Origin: Utricularia gibba
Taxonomy: Eukaryota; Plantae; Magnoliophyta
DNA length: 64,000 bases
Assembly (NCBI GenBank): GCA_002189035.1
Contig: NEEC01000014.1
Location: forward strand, 2,046,001-2,110,000
Direction of reading: 5' to 3'
Positions 25,001 to 37,093 of this stretch are shown one piece after another. Both the position numbers and the translations under genes were made by a program. Under the pieces are notes generated by a model. That model was not told where the DNA came from, ran no database searches, and saw only the letters and a program-made list of their open reading frames with translations. Within the stretch, counting starts at the first letter, position 1, and each line of letters begins with the position of its first letter.

Positions 25001-25570
25001 AAACACCTGAAATAGACCGAGAACGAAACATAGCAACCGAGCCTCTGAAACATGAAATAGATATAGATATAACAAATTATAGATGAAAGATCAAACCTTG
25101 GTGACGAAAGTCCCCTTCGGAGCCAATAGCTCAGTGGCAATCTTTACGGAGTCAATAACCAAAGCATTCTGACTAGTGGCCTCCCTTGCCCAAGCTCCAC
25201 CGACATTTGGCGACCCGTCGTGCAATACGACATCAAACGCGCGGCATCCATTCTCGGACATAATTCTCTTGATCGTAGCCCGAAACTTGGGCACAGTTAT
25301 ATCCTCCTGCACTGAAATTGCACCACGGATTGGCCGAATTGCATCGAGGTCGGCACCAACCACAAGGCTTCCGACTGGCGCACGCTGAACCGAGACTTGC
25401 ATCCATCCTCCAGGGGCAGCACAGAGGTCGAGCACGGAGTGCGCTGACTGTAGAAACCCAAACTTGGCATCTAGCTGAACTAGCTTCCATGCGGCACGCG
25501 ATCTGTAGCCGTGCTCTTTGGCGAGGTGGTAGAATTTGTCCAACCGATGCTTCCCCTTCACTTTTCCCAT
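22028..25570 (-). CDS. SPB1: 25S rRNA 2'-O-methyltransferase Spb1/FTSJ3, multi-exon
   Basis: MGKVKGKHRLDKFYHLAKEHGYRSRAAWKL, DLCAAPGGW, VVLHDGSPNVGGAW, ASRSASAEIY, C-terminal EIDARPAKKVAQAKARKK. Confidence 0.96.
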
Positions 25571-25665
25571 CGAAGTTGGCGGAGGAAAAGGATCAGGGGT
25601 TTAGCAATGGCGGCCGGGGACGCTCTCGAACCGTGTTTTGTTACATTGTGCCTGTAGGGCGTTAA

Positions 25666-25754
25666 TGGGCCGGAGCATACGATTTAATTGCATCAAGCCC
25701 ATTCAAGGGCCAGGCAGCCCAATTACCATGGACTCGTTTCAAATCTAAACCCTA
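25666..25754 (-). promoter_or_regulatory. Site II motifs plus telo-box (ribosome-biogenesis promoter module)
   Basis: TGGGCC 25666, AGCCCA 25696 and 25716, AAACCCTA 25747-25754, all within 190 bp upstream of the SPB1 ATG. Confidence 0.7.
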
Positions 25755-25968
25755 CTGTTTGTTTTTATTTTTTATTTTTTTCATAGTTCATACAAAATAA
25801 TAAAAAAAAGGATCGAAATCAAAACCCATTACTTGTATAAAAAAATCATGTAATAAGAATTAAGGTAACAAAAGGCTTTATAGTTTAGAATTAGAAAGGA
25901 AAACGCAAACAAAAAAGCATAGAGGCTGGAGTACACTCCGAGGCTGTCGCAGCATTGACCTCAGGCAC

Positions 25969-28726
25969 TCAGATAACCGTAAAATCTTGTATAGTTGCTT
26001 TCTCAAGTATGACAGTGATCCCTGCACGAATGTAGAACCCTTGCTCCGGCCGATCGGCTTCTTCCACGCCCTAAGCAGCGAAAACAACGAGATAATCATG
26101 GGCTAGCAGAGGCTACAAGGATGGGCGGTGTGCACTGAGCTTACATCTTTGTTTTCGATGATAACATTTTTCCCAATCCTTGCGTTCTTATCAATGATGC
26201 AATTTCTGCAAGAATGAGCGCAATGTGTATGAATATCACAGCCTGACGCATGCTATATTTCATAGGGTGAAAAGATTTTCAAGCACCTGATCTTGGAGTC
26301 CCTTCCGATCCCTATCGGAACCTTCCCCTGTGCGAGAAGGGATGCAATCTCTGATTCCGTCTGGTAAGTGTCAGCCCCCATCATCAAGGTATCCTGCAAC
26401 AAAGGAAAGCATGTGTTTTGCAGGCACATAATCTGCTTGCCCTTGGTTGAAAGGAAGAGTGTAGCTTGCCTTTAGCTCGACACCGGAGTCCAAACGAGAA
26501 CGCTCTCCGACTATCGAGTGTTGCACGATGCATTCCCGAAGAAAGCAACCATGTGAGATTATCGCATCCTTTATCTGGAAAGGTTCACAGAGGCTAAAAC
26601 ATTAGAATACATCACAGCAATAGCCGAATGCACTTGACCTTGCTTTGTTTGCTTGCCTTGCAGTTGTCAATCTTGGTTGGGGCAGGAATCGGGGGAATGT
26701 GTAGAATGGAGTCTTCGGATCATAGAACTCAAACTTTGGAAACTGCAAAAGTGAATGAGGGAAGTGATCAAAGTCATTAGCTATCTCAGACAAGGCAAAT
26801 TCATGACTAAACTAACAGTAACCTCATCAGCAAGAGCTAAGTTAGCATCATAGAATGATTTAATCGTCCCAATATCCTCCCAGTAGTCTCTGAAGATGTA
26901 TGCCTGCAGGGAACTGTACACATTCATAACCTTGATAGAATGCTCTCAGAACAAGAATGCATGAAGTATTTTGCTTAACCTGCACATTATCCTCCTTGAC
27001 AGACGAAGGTATGATCTCAGAGCCGAAATCATTTGAAGTCGGATATCTTGACTTAAGGAGCTCCAGCAATACATTTGTCTTGAATGCATAAACTCCCATC
27101 GATGCTATGTATGGTGATTCTAATGCTTCCTCAGGAGACAGTCCGATGGTTGTGGTATCCACTTGCTTACAATCAGAATCAGAACACGTTATTACTTGCA
27201 GATTGTTGGCAACTAGAATAAATTTCGCACAGATGGCAGAAGAAAAACTGAATTTTTGCAAGTAAGAATACCATTGCTTTTTTATCAGCCCCCTTTGGTT
27301 TTTCAGAAAATTGCATTATGTGCCCTCTGCTATCTATCTTCACCAGTCCAAAATCAGAGGCTTGGCTGAAAGTGGGAAAACAACATTGTCTCATGATTAT
27401 TCGCATACAGGAAGAGTAGGATGTAAGCGTCAACCATGAATGAAATGAAGCATAGGGATTGAAAAAAAAAAAGTATGAATGACACAAACCTATCACCAAC
27501 AGGTGCACATGAAAGTGTGATGTCGGCATTCCGGTCGATATGGTTCTGTTCAAGTATTCAAGTAGGAAAAGATATCTCAAAAACTGGAATTTCCTTATCA
27601 CAAGTGAATATCTGCAAGATCAAACGGCACCTGAACAAAATCCATGTAGTCCATTCTGTAAAGCTGATCTCCAGATAAAATCAGCAAGTTGTCGATGTCT
27701 TTTGCCTTGGTGTCCTGCAAGAATCAGTTCAAAAGGATCAAGCTACAAATCAGTATTTAAAGGAAATCAGCTGCAAATACTAGAATCCAAGTGTTAGATT
27801 GCTGGAAAAAGCAATTTTTAGACACTAATCACCTCAAACAGCCATATAAACCGTCGAACAGCATCAGCTGTTCCCTGGAACCATTGTTTCCCAGACTCTC
27901 CAGGAGTCTGAGTTGCAGCCAAAACCTACAAAATCATAAGTTTATAATTTACTGGGAGGATCCAGAAAGAGGTAAAGCGGATTTCTTTGACAGCAGAGTT
28001 CCCTGAACCGTCAACCTCAACATATTCATCACCAGAGCTGATGCCGTTTCCAGTGTATGTGCGGGAGATGTGACGATTCAGTGAAGCAGAATTGAATTGA
28101 GTCAGCACGAAAATCTTGTTGATCCCACTGTTGATGCAGTTGCTCATTGGGATGTCAATTAGTCTGTAGCATCCTCCAACTGTAACCTACAAAAACATAC
28201 AACGAGGAAATGAAATCTGCGTTGTAGTTCAAGGCTATGAGATCGGTTTCCTTACAGCAGGGGTTGCAGTTCTGCTTGTAAGCGGGAATAGTCGTTCTCC
28301 TGCACCACCACCAAGAATTATAGCAGCAACATTTTTAGGATTGACCCGTTTCTTTTCGAATCTCAGTGCTTCTCTTGTCTGGAAATCCTATGAGAACACC
28401 CCCAAAAACGTAATCCCGTCAAATCGCCAAAGAACAACAGCCCATTCCAAAAGCTCTTTTTTTGACGCTCAAAGGAACGAAAAGAAAAGAAACGAATAAG
28501 TGGAAATGCTAACCAGTTTTTCCATGTTTTCTTTAGTGAGAACAGAATACGCTACTCCAGATTTGATCTTCATGCAAGTTCTCTTAATGCTCGTAAAATT
28601 TCTACAGATATTAACGCCAGCACTGCCCCGAGTCTTCTCTCCCCAAAACCCGTTCCCTCCAATGGAATCCTCACTCGGATTTACCGAAAGCCCCGAGGGC
28701 TTAATCGTCGCAAAGTAAGAAGCCAT
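25969..28726 (-). CDS. APL: ADP-glucose pyrophosphorylase large subunit (APL3/APL4-like), multi-exon
   Basis: Transit peptide [110 protein letters not shown]. Two GC-AG introns; 1-bp deletion at 26679-26682. Confidence 0.96.
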
Positions 28727-30270
28727 CTCCGGCCACCCTCTCTGATCCAAAAACAAAAAGCTAATAATCGTTGAATCAAACAAATACCAAAGACAGGAAC
28801 TCAATGAGCAAGCCCAAAACCATATATCACTGAAAAAAACTAAAAGATTTCAAACGTAATCCGAAAAAAACCACCTTCAAACACAGATGATCAAAAACTC
28901 AGATGGTTCATCAAAAAGAGAATGGAAAAATTCTTGAATAGCCACTGTTTAACAGAAAAAGGGGCTGCATGAAAACCTGAAGCGCAAAATGGTGGTAGAT
29001 GGTAGTATTTCTACGCCCCGGAGAGCTCCTCTGTAACACACCTACATTTATGGTAATCAGGCGGAGGGAGTGAGAAAATTACTCAACAGCATGAAGACTG
29101 TTTGTTTGAGATCATATTAAATGCTTTGAATTTTATTATTGTTATAAGGAGGTGTATTGTCAAACAAAAATTTTAACTGATTTTTGAATGTGTATTTTAT
29201 ATAATCAGATCAATATTTTAGATTCAAAAATTACACATTGTTTGAAATTATAAATGTCCACGATTTCCTCGGTAACATCAGCGGCGGCGACGCAAGAGCG
29301 ACGTCGGAGCCGCCCGCGGGACTTGCCGGCGAATTGTGAAAAGCACCACCCAGCTATTGTTTCCTGCCCACGTGGAGGCATTGTTCTTGGAGGAGGTATT
29401 CGATTTCTGTTTTTTCTCCTTTGTCATTTTCCAGGAACTGGAACAAAGCCTTCCAATCAATTTGAATAAAATAACTAACCGGAGAGATGCCCGGAGGTAA
29501 CCATTCAAAGCAAAAACAATATAATTATTATATAAAAAATTATTTTGGTTTATGGCATGACAGCACAGGTACAGTAAATAGTAAATAGAGAGGTACGCCC
29601 AGAAGCGTATTAAAAAAAATTACCGTATTCGTCTCTTACCAAAACGCAGTACCCACCAATCAAAACGACTGATACGAATTAATTAACATTTTACCTCGGT
29701 GTCATGTTGAGGTAAAAAGAGATAAAACATGCCGCATGTTGAGGTGGCATGCGTCATGATGAATTAATTATATGGATGCTAGAGAAAGAGATCGGACCAA
29801 AGGCTTAATGCCAAAACCGTGAAACTAATCCGGTCACGCACATGCGGCGTCACGTGGCCTGCCACGGGGCCCACTAGGTTCAATAGCCATTAGCCATGCG
29901 TGTGGCCCAATTAGATCGCTCTGCGCGAGCCCAACAACATGGCTTCGTTTCTTTTTTTTTTTTTTTTCATAGATCTGGTTTCATGCTGATCTGTGCACTG
30001 CAAGAAATTTTGATGGCGGGCATTGCTTTGTCATTGGTTCGAAGGTGATGCTAAGCCACATGCATTGAAGGTAAGTAGTTTCTCTTTCAAACGTCGCTTT
30101 GTTTGTATTGTGTTCTCCCGTTTCCTCTCTCCACTGGCGTGGAAATGGGAATCCTTTTGTAACACGGCCATCTCTGGTAGGCCTTCAGGGGGATCCAGGA
30201 GGAAGATTTGCGTTGCATGAGCTTTCTTTCAGCGTTGATGTTCAGATAAGAATTCACGGCTGAATCCAAT

Positions 30271-32959
30271 ATGTCTGAGTCGAATGAACAGCCAAGTACG
30301 GTGGTGATGCTTTTCTTGTTAGGAGTTTAATGGTTTTGTTTTGCTGATGCAAAAAAGATGGGATTTTGTTTATGAAGGTCTTGAGAAAATCGACACGGAG
30401 AATGCAGAGGATGAGAAGAAAACGAAGCTCGGTTCTCTGAAGAAGAAAGCGATCAATGCCTCCAACAAGTTCAGGAGTTCCCTGAGCAAACATCGCCGGA
30501 GGAACAGCCGGGTGATGTCGGTTGTGTTGGTGGAAGACGAGCATGATGCGGAGGAATTGCAGGCTGTGGATGCCTTCCGGCAGGCGCTGATCCTCGACGA
30601 ATTGCTTCCTGCAAAGCACGATGATTATCATACCTTGTTGAGGTGAGATATTGAGCTTGATTGGCCTCATCAATCCATTAATCCTTCACATCATTCACTG
30701 AAAGAATGTGCACAAACAGGTTCTTGAAAGCAAGGAAGTTTGACATAGAGAAAACAAAGCAAATGTGGTCTGATATGCTTCAGTGGAGGAAGGAATTTGG
30801 AGCAGATACGATAGCTGAGGTCATATCGAGTCCCATGAAAGAATTCCTTGTTATATTCCTCACTGAGCTGCGATGCCTTGACAGGATTTCGAGTTCAAGG
30901 AGAAAGACGAGGTGCTGAAATACTATCCACAAGGGCATCATGGTGTTGACAAGCTTGGAAGGCCTGTTTACATTGAACAGCTCGGACTCGTGGATTCGGT
31001 GAAGCTCCTGCAAGTTACAACAATGGATCGTTACCTCAAATACCATGTGCAGGAGTTTGAGAGGACGTTTGCTGATAAGCTACCAGCTTGTTCAATTGCA
31101 GCCAAGAAGCACATTGATCAGAGTACTACCATTTTGGATGTTCAAGGAGTTGTAAGCAGAAAAGCAAATCATGTTCATCATCATTTGGAACAAGGAAATG
31201 ATAGAAAAATGGTTTGCTTCAGGGCCTGAAAAATTTCAACAAATCTGCCAGAGAACTCATTCAGAGACTTCAGAAAATCGACGGAGACAACTACCCTGAG
31301 GTACTTAACCAGTCTCTGCTTTTGTGGTTCACTTACAGAATCTCATCTTGCAATTGTAAACTTGGTATCCTTCTCCTTTTCTCATTCAGTCACTTTTCCA
31401 AATGTACATCATCAATGCGGGTTCTGGGTTCAGGCTCTTGTGGAACACGGTAAAATCGTTCCTCGATCCGAAAACCACTGCAAAGATCAATGTAAAATTT
31501 CTGAGTCCATTCAATAGTAGGTATTTGAAGGTTCGAGCATTGATCAACATCCTTGGTGACCTTTTCATCAGGTTTTGAGTAACAAATACCAAAGCAAGCT
31601 GCTAGAGGTTATTGATGCAAGGTACTGATTTTTTCCTCATACGCCACAGGAAGGATCACTTGGAAATCTCAGTTACAATCTAACTTGATAGTCCCAATAG
31701 CAAATATGCTTTCTTTGATTTGTTCCCATTTACAGTGAGCTCCCAGAATTCTTGGGAGGCACATGTACCTGCAAAGACAAGGGTGGCTGCATGGTTTCCG
31801 ACAAGGGACCATGGAATGACCCCGACATCATGAAGGTGAATAAACCACACTCAATCAATACCAGAGCAAGATACACTTCTTAGGTGCACCGTTCTGATGT
31901 ATTTTGATTGATTTCCTTCAAGATGGTTCGAAGTGGAATGCATAAATGCTCCACCAAGGGTTCCATCCCTGACGAAAAGACGATATCAGAAGATGACAAT
32001 GCTGCTCCGAGGGTAAATCAAATCCCCGCCATGGCTCTTCTTCTCATCTGAACTTCATACAGCTCTCATTTAAAATTTCACACGTTTGTGTAAAAATGTA
32101 GACTGTGAAGAAGAACGCCTCCTTCAATGCAGTGAATGAGCACAGAGACTATACACTGCATCCCAAGCTCTCGCCAGTGCAGGAAGAAGTAAAATGGAAA
32201 TAGTTATGTTTCGATGAAACGTAATATGCAAATGACAAATGGGAATTTTTCAGGTCAGGGAAAACCAGGATGAGTACGGGCAAATTGTTGAAAAGACGGT
32301 CGCCGGAAACTGGGCCAAAGCAGCAAAGCATAATGATCTCGTTCTATCTACAGGTGAAAAATTCATCAAAAAACAACTGCCATTTCACCAAAATTGTTTA
32401 ATTTCCGGCGAACCACAGATGTATACTCCGCCAACGACAAGAAATCGGCGGATGGTATGAGCAACCATCTCCTCACCGGAGTTCTCACCTTCGTGATGGG
32501 TGTTGTTACAATGGTGAGAATGACGAGAAACATGCCCAAAAAACTGACGGATTCCACTCTCTATTCGTCTTCAATCAACAATGGCGATTACAAACCTCGC
32601 CCTCACCACAGCTTCGAACCGCTTGAACCCGGGGTCTCTAGGGCTGATTACTTGATCGTGATGAAGCGGATGAACGAACTGGAAGAGAAAATGGGGATTC
32701 TCTGCAATCAGCCCGTTACCATGCCTCCGGAGAAAGAGGAGTTGCTGAAGAACGCTTTGGATCGCGTTGATAACTTGGAGCAAGAGCTCTCTGAGGCCAA
32801 AAAGGTTCCATCTTTTCCATACCCCTACCACTTGTTTTCCCCTGTGGACACATAATCAAACACTGGGTGCAGGCGCTAGAACAAGCACTCTCTCAACAAG
32901 AGGAGTTGCTAGCTTACATTGACAAGAAGAAGAAAAAGAAGAAGTTCTTCGCTTTCTAA
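30271..32959 (+). CDS. SEC14-like phosphatidylinositol/phosphatidylcholine transfer protein (SFH, nodulin-type C-terminus), multi-exon
   Basis: [71 protein letters not shown]-terminal coiled coil and [10 protein letters not shown]. Confidence 0.95.
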
Positions 32960-34398
32960 CTTCCACAATGGGCTTCATTTGGTCATTAGCTGGCGGCATT
33001 ATTACCCAGCATGAAGAAGATGCTGATCATCACAAACCTCTAGACAAATTGGCTTCCCTGAGGTTGACCTTCATAGAAATTGTAATAAAAAAATCATCCT
33101 CCATTGACCATTCTTCTACGTTCTTTGATGTCTTGGCAGATCCAGCCAATAAAAACATTCTCCATTTGAATGATTAATATAATTTTTTTTCTTATCGGTT
33201 TAGTGTGCATTCCACGATCTCCTTATCAAACCTTTACGGTGACATTGATGTGACGAAAGTTTGTAATTATACTTTTGAAGCCCTAAAATCTCCTTCACCA
33301 TCACGAAAAGATAAAGCGAGTTATCGTTTCGTCACTGGAGCGAATTCAAATCGCTGCTCTTTTTTCTCCCAACTCCAACCACCCCACTTGAGTCTCGAGC
33401 GAATCCGCAAGCAGACAAAAATGGTCTCGTTCCCACTTCCCCAATCTCAAGTATTATTACAACAACGCCCCTCTGTGTCTTCCTTGTCAGACCGGATCTC
33501 TAGATGGCGCCTTTTTTGTGTGATAGTATGTAATGAAAATACTTTGATCATCTATCATTATATTTATCAAAATTCCTATTTTACATCAATTTTTAATTAA
33601 TTAAGTTTTTATTTTTATATTTTATAAATACATTTATGACTTTATAATAATATTTTAAATATATAATGTTAAAATTATTTATATACTGATATAAAAAATC
33701 ATATATATCAACTATATATTTTAGTTATAATATTTTATTTATTTAAATATAAATAAGTTAAATACCTGAAATATGCATGAATAACTGGTCCCAAAAGCTC
33801 TCAAATCCACACATTCAAAGTGCGCTTCATTTTCTCATCAACTTTTTTTTAACCCAGCCACGGTAATAAAAATCTTAGCAAATGGGGCCGCTTCTATGAT
33901 TCTGGACCTCTGGTAAAAAAAAGTCCGAAGAAGCCATTGGGCAACAAATAACATGAGAGTGTAGATTCCAAACTGGAATTATCATGAGACTGTAAATTTT
34001 GTAGATAAAAGCACACTCACACATTATGTCTCGAGCGACTACAAAAATATCTCATGTCTGAAAGCAACCTTATATTTTCAGGGTACAAGAATAGTGGAAG
34101 ATGACGGCTTTCCCTCCTCACGATTCCATTACGCACCAGACCCACAAGCAACAAAGCCGCGCTTGTCTTTTGATTCTTCTTTAGTTGTATACTTCTTTTT
34201 TCGCTGCAGTGCCCATCCTTCACTCTCTATAAATTTACTCTATAATCCTCCATTTTGCTTCCCCTTCCTTCCTCCCTCCCTCCCCCCTCACTCCTTTCGC
34301 TTCAGACCTTTCTTGTTTCTGTCTCCGTCTCTTTACACAAATATTTTCTGTGCGCTGATTCAAATGCCACAGTTACCGTTGTCTCATCTTTCGGCTTC

Positions 34399-34524
34399 AT
34401 GTCTGCTCTTCTGAATGAGCTTTTTCTTTTCCGGTTTATGATCATTTCCACTCAGTGGCGCCGTACCCGTTTACTCCAGTCCTTCTCCGTTGCTTTTCTC
34501 TACTGGCTTTACTATATTTCATGA
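34399..34524 (+). CDS. Conserved-peptide uORF (sucrose-control peptide, SIRT) of S1 bZIP
   Basis: MSALLNELFLFRFMIISTQWRRTRLLQSFSVAFLYWLYYIS* matches the bZIP11-family uORF ending QSFSVVFLYWLYYVS; stop lies 83 nt before the main ATG. Confidence 0.93.
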   Translation: MSALLNELFLFRFMIISTQWRRTRLLQSFSVAFLYWLYYIS

Positions 34525-34606
34525 TCCTTCTTCTTCGCGCTTAAGCTATATTAATTACAGAAAGATTAACTAAAGAGATAGCAGATTTCTAAGAACTTCT
34601 TGGTTG

Positions 34607-34999
34607 ATGATGGATTCTTCATGTGGGGTGTCGTTGAATTCGCCTGGAACTCAAGCATCGTCGACGGAGGAAGATCTACGGCTGGTGATGGACGAGAGGA
34701 AGAGAAAGAAAATGATCTCGAACAGAGACTCTGCGCGGCGGAGCCGGCTCAGGAAGCAGCAGCATATCGACGAGCTGACACGTGAAGCGACGCGGCTCGG
34801 AAAAGAGAACCACGTGTTGATCACGAACCTGAACGCTATCACTCACTATTACATCAACATGGAAGCAGAGAACGCTGTCCTCAGAGCTCAGGCCTCGGAG
34901 CTCAGCCAATGGCTGCACTCACTGACCGAAATGATCGCATTCGGCGGCGGCTGCGCCGACGACGGCTTCTTGCTCCTAGAGCCGCTTTATGGGATTTAA
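34607..34999 (+). CDS. Group S1 bZIP transcription factor (bZIP11/44/2-like), intronless
   Basis: MDERKRKKMISNRDSARRSRLRKQQHIDEL...NMEAENAVLRAQASELSQWLHSLTEM, with the conserved uORF upstream. Confidence 0.93.
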   Translation: MMDSSCGVSLNSPGTQASSTEEDLRLVMDERKRKKMISNRDSARRSRLRKQQHIDELTREATRLGKENHVLITNLNAITHYYINMEAENAVLRAQASELSQWLHSLTEMIAFGGGCADDGFLLLEPLYGI

Positions 35000-37093
35000 T
35001 TGGGTGGCCAGGGGCAATTAGTAATGATTTATGAATATATGCATGTATACTAGAATGAAAAGCTTGGGGTACTAATGTAATTTCTCATTCATGAATATAT
35101 AAGAAAGCCGCAGCATGACTTGTCGTGGTCATGGGCCATGGCCCCCTTTTCAACGATGCGCTTCATTTTTTTTTCTGTTCCTTTTTTTTTAAAAAAAAAA
35201 TTATACTTGACGAAAAATCCAAGCAAAATATAAAATTCGATAAATACGATATTTATTATACATCACGGGGCACCAACTCTTTTTCGTGTGATGTGAAAGA
35301 TTTAGCGGCGGAGCCTGGAAGGTTATCCCATGCCATTGAAATTATTAGTCTTTATGAGTGAATGCACAATAGGCAACAGCTGTGAGTCTTTCTTGAGTTA
35401 CCACGTACGGACCAACACCAAATAATAGTACTCCAGATAAATAAATTGCATTAGGTTTATCCCAATGTGGGACATTTGCAGGGTTACATAGAGAATATTG
35501 AAGTTAATTCCACGTCGAATGGGTCGAACAAAAGCCATATTTATTCAATATTTAATTTATTAGAGGTAAAATTATATCTAATATAATTAAATTCATCTAT
35601 CACATATATTTTAAATCTAAAGCTACAGATTTCATTTTATTTAAACCATATATGCTATGAAAATTAAATGATAGGATAAAAAATCAATATGGGATGTGAT
35701 TTTTTTTCTATAAATGGTCACCTGCGAATTGGGAGAATTTTAGCAGCCCAAGCGGTTATTTGCTAAGGTGAAAGACAAACGCTGTGAATAGGTTCATTAA
35801 GTGAACCAGAATAGACCTCACTATGATTGCCACGAATCTCGAATAACTTTGACTTTTTATACTTGCACCGCTTCTATAAGCGTAGAATATGTATTCCCCA
35901 CTCAATGTGACCCAACCAATCAAGAGCCATTGGAATGATGAGAACTCCCCCAAAAAGCGTGCAGCCCCCAGCCCCACTGCTGTAGTCATTTCCGGGTTTA
36001 GTTTTAATTCAAACATGGGAGTTGCCATTACAAATGGTCTTAAGAGCGACAAGTCAACAAAGAATTTCCCGTTTTTTTTTTAAAAAAAAATAGAGGACAA
36101 ATAATATTGGGAAAATATCTCGTCTGACTCAGGTGACGGCGTTACTTGGACGCAAGCGCCCTCTGAAAACAAACGAGGACTGTAGAAAAAAGAAGTGAAC
36201 GCCGTCAAACAAAGCGGTCTCTCCGTTAACTCTCTCTGATAAAATCACCCGCGGATCCTCCCCTCTCTCTTCATACGCAAAGCGATTAGTGCGTAGGTCT
36301 CTTATTCTCAGCCGTCCATGAATCTCGTCTATTTCTCCTCCTCCTCAGTGTTGATGAGGGGCGAACGCGTCGGAGCGATCACGTAATCAACTTCCTCTGG
36401 ATATTGGAGATTTGCTTACGTTTTCGCCGATTTTGTCGGAATATATATATTTTTTTTGTGTGAAGAATATATAGATAGAGATTCAAGATCGATGTTATTT
36501 GGATCGAGGATTGCCGTATTGAGTTTGAATTTGATTTTCTGTTACATAGGCCGGAGTTTCGGATCTTTAGTATCTGTGAACCGTCTATTTCAAGGGCTTA
36601 ACCGGTGTATTCCAGTAACTAGGAACTGTTCGAGAACTTGTTCCTCGCTTGCTTGAATTTCACTGTAATAGGATTTATTCACTAATGGTTGTGCGCTATT
36701 GTTTGAATTATCTGAGCAGCAGCCACTTTGAGACATTGAGGGTGTCGGCCATGAATAAATGATTATGTAGTTTTTAGCTGGAAAATGTACACATTCTGAT
36801 GCTGTTTTAGGATCAGTGTCAGTTAGTTTCATTTATTCTTATTTTATTTTTGTGAAGCTTTCGTTCTGTGTTTTGCTTATGTAAATTGCTTGCACCTTTT
36901 TATGGGAACATTTACGATGCATACATCATTTTCAGCGGATGATGGCTCTATCAAGTTTTATGAATATTACAGTTTCTTCATAGACTCTTTGTCTTTCGCA
37001 TGCCATGGTGATGTTTTGATGAGTTGATTATTTCTGTTGTGCTGTTAATATTAAGAAATTTCAGGTACTTCTGCTAGTATTTATGTCCACTGA

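Noticed and set aside
29254-29508. GC-rich patch with 71-76 aa ORFs on both strands between APL and SEC14
   Set aside because: No recognisable peptide-hormone or domain motif; best treated as promoter or leader sequence.
34975-35035. Possible frameshift shortening the bZIP C-terminus
   Set aside because: Neither alternative frame restores a clearly conserved S1-bZIP tail, so the short end may be genuine.
35463-35473. snRNA upstream-sequence-element-like GTCCCACATTG (minus), plus weaker copies at 18466 and 19243
   Set aside because: No properly spaced TATA box and no recognisable U-snRNA, 7SL, MRP or telomerase RNA body downstream.
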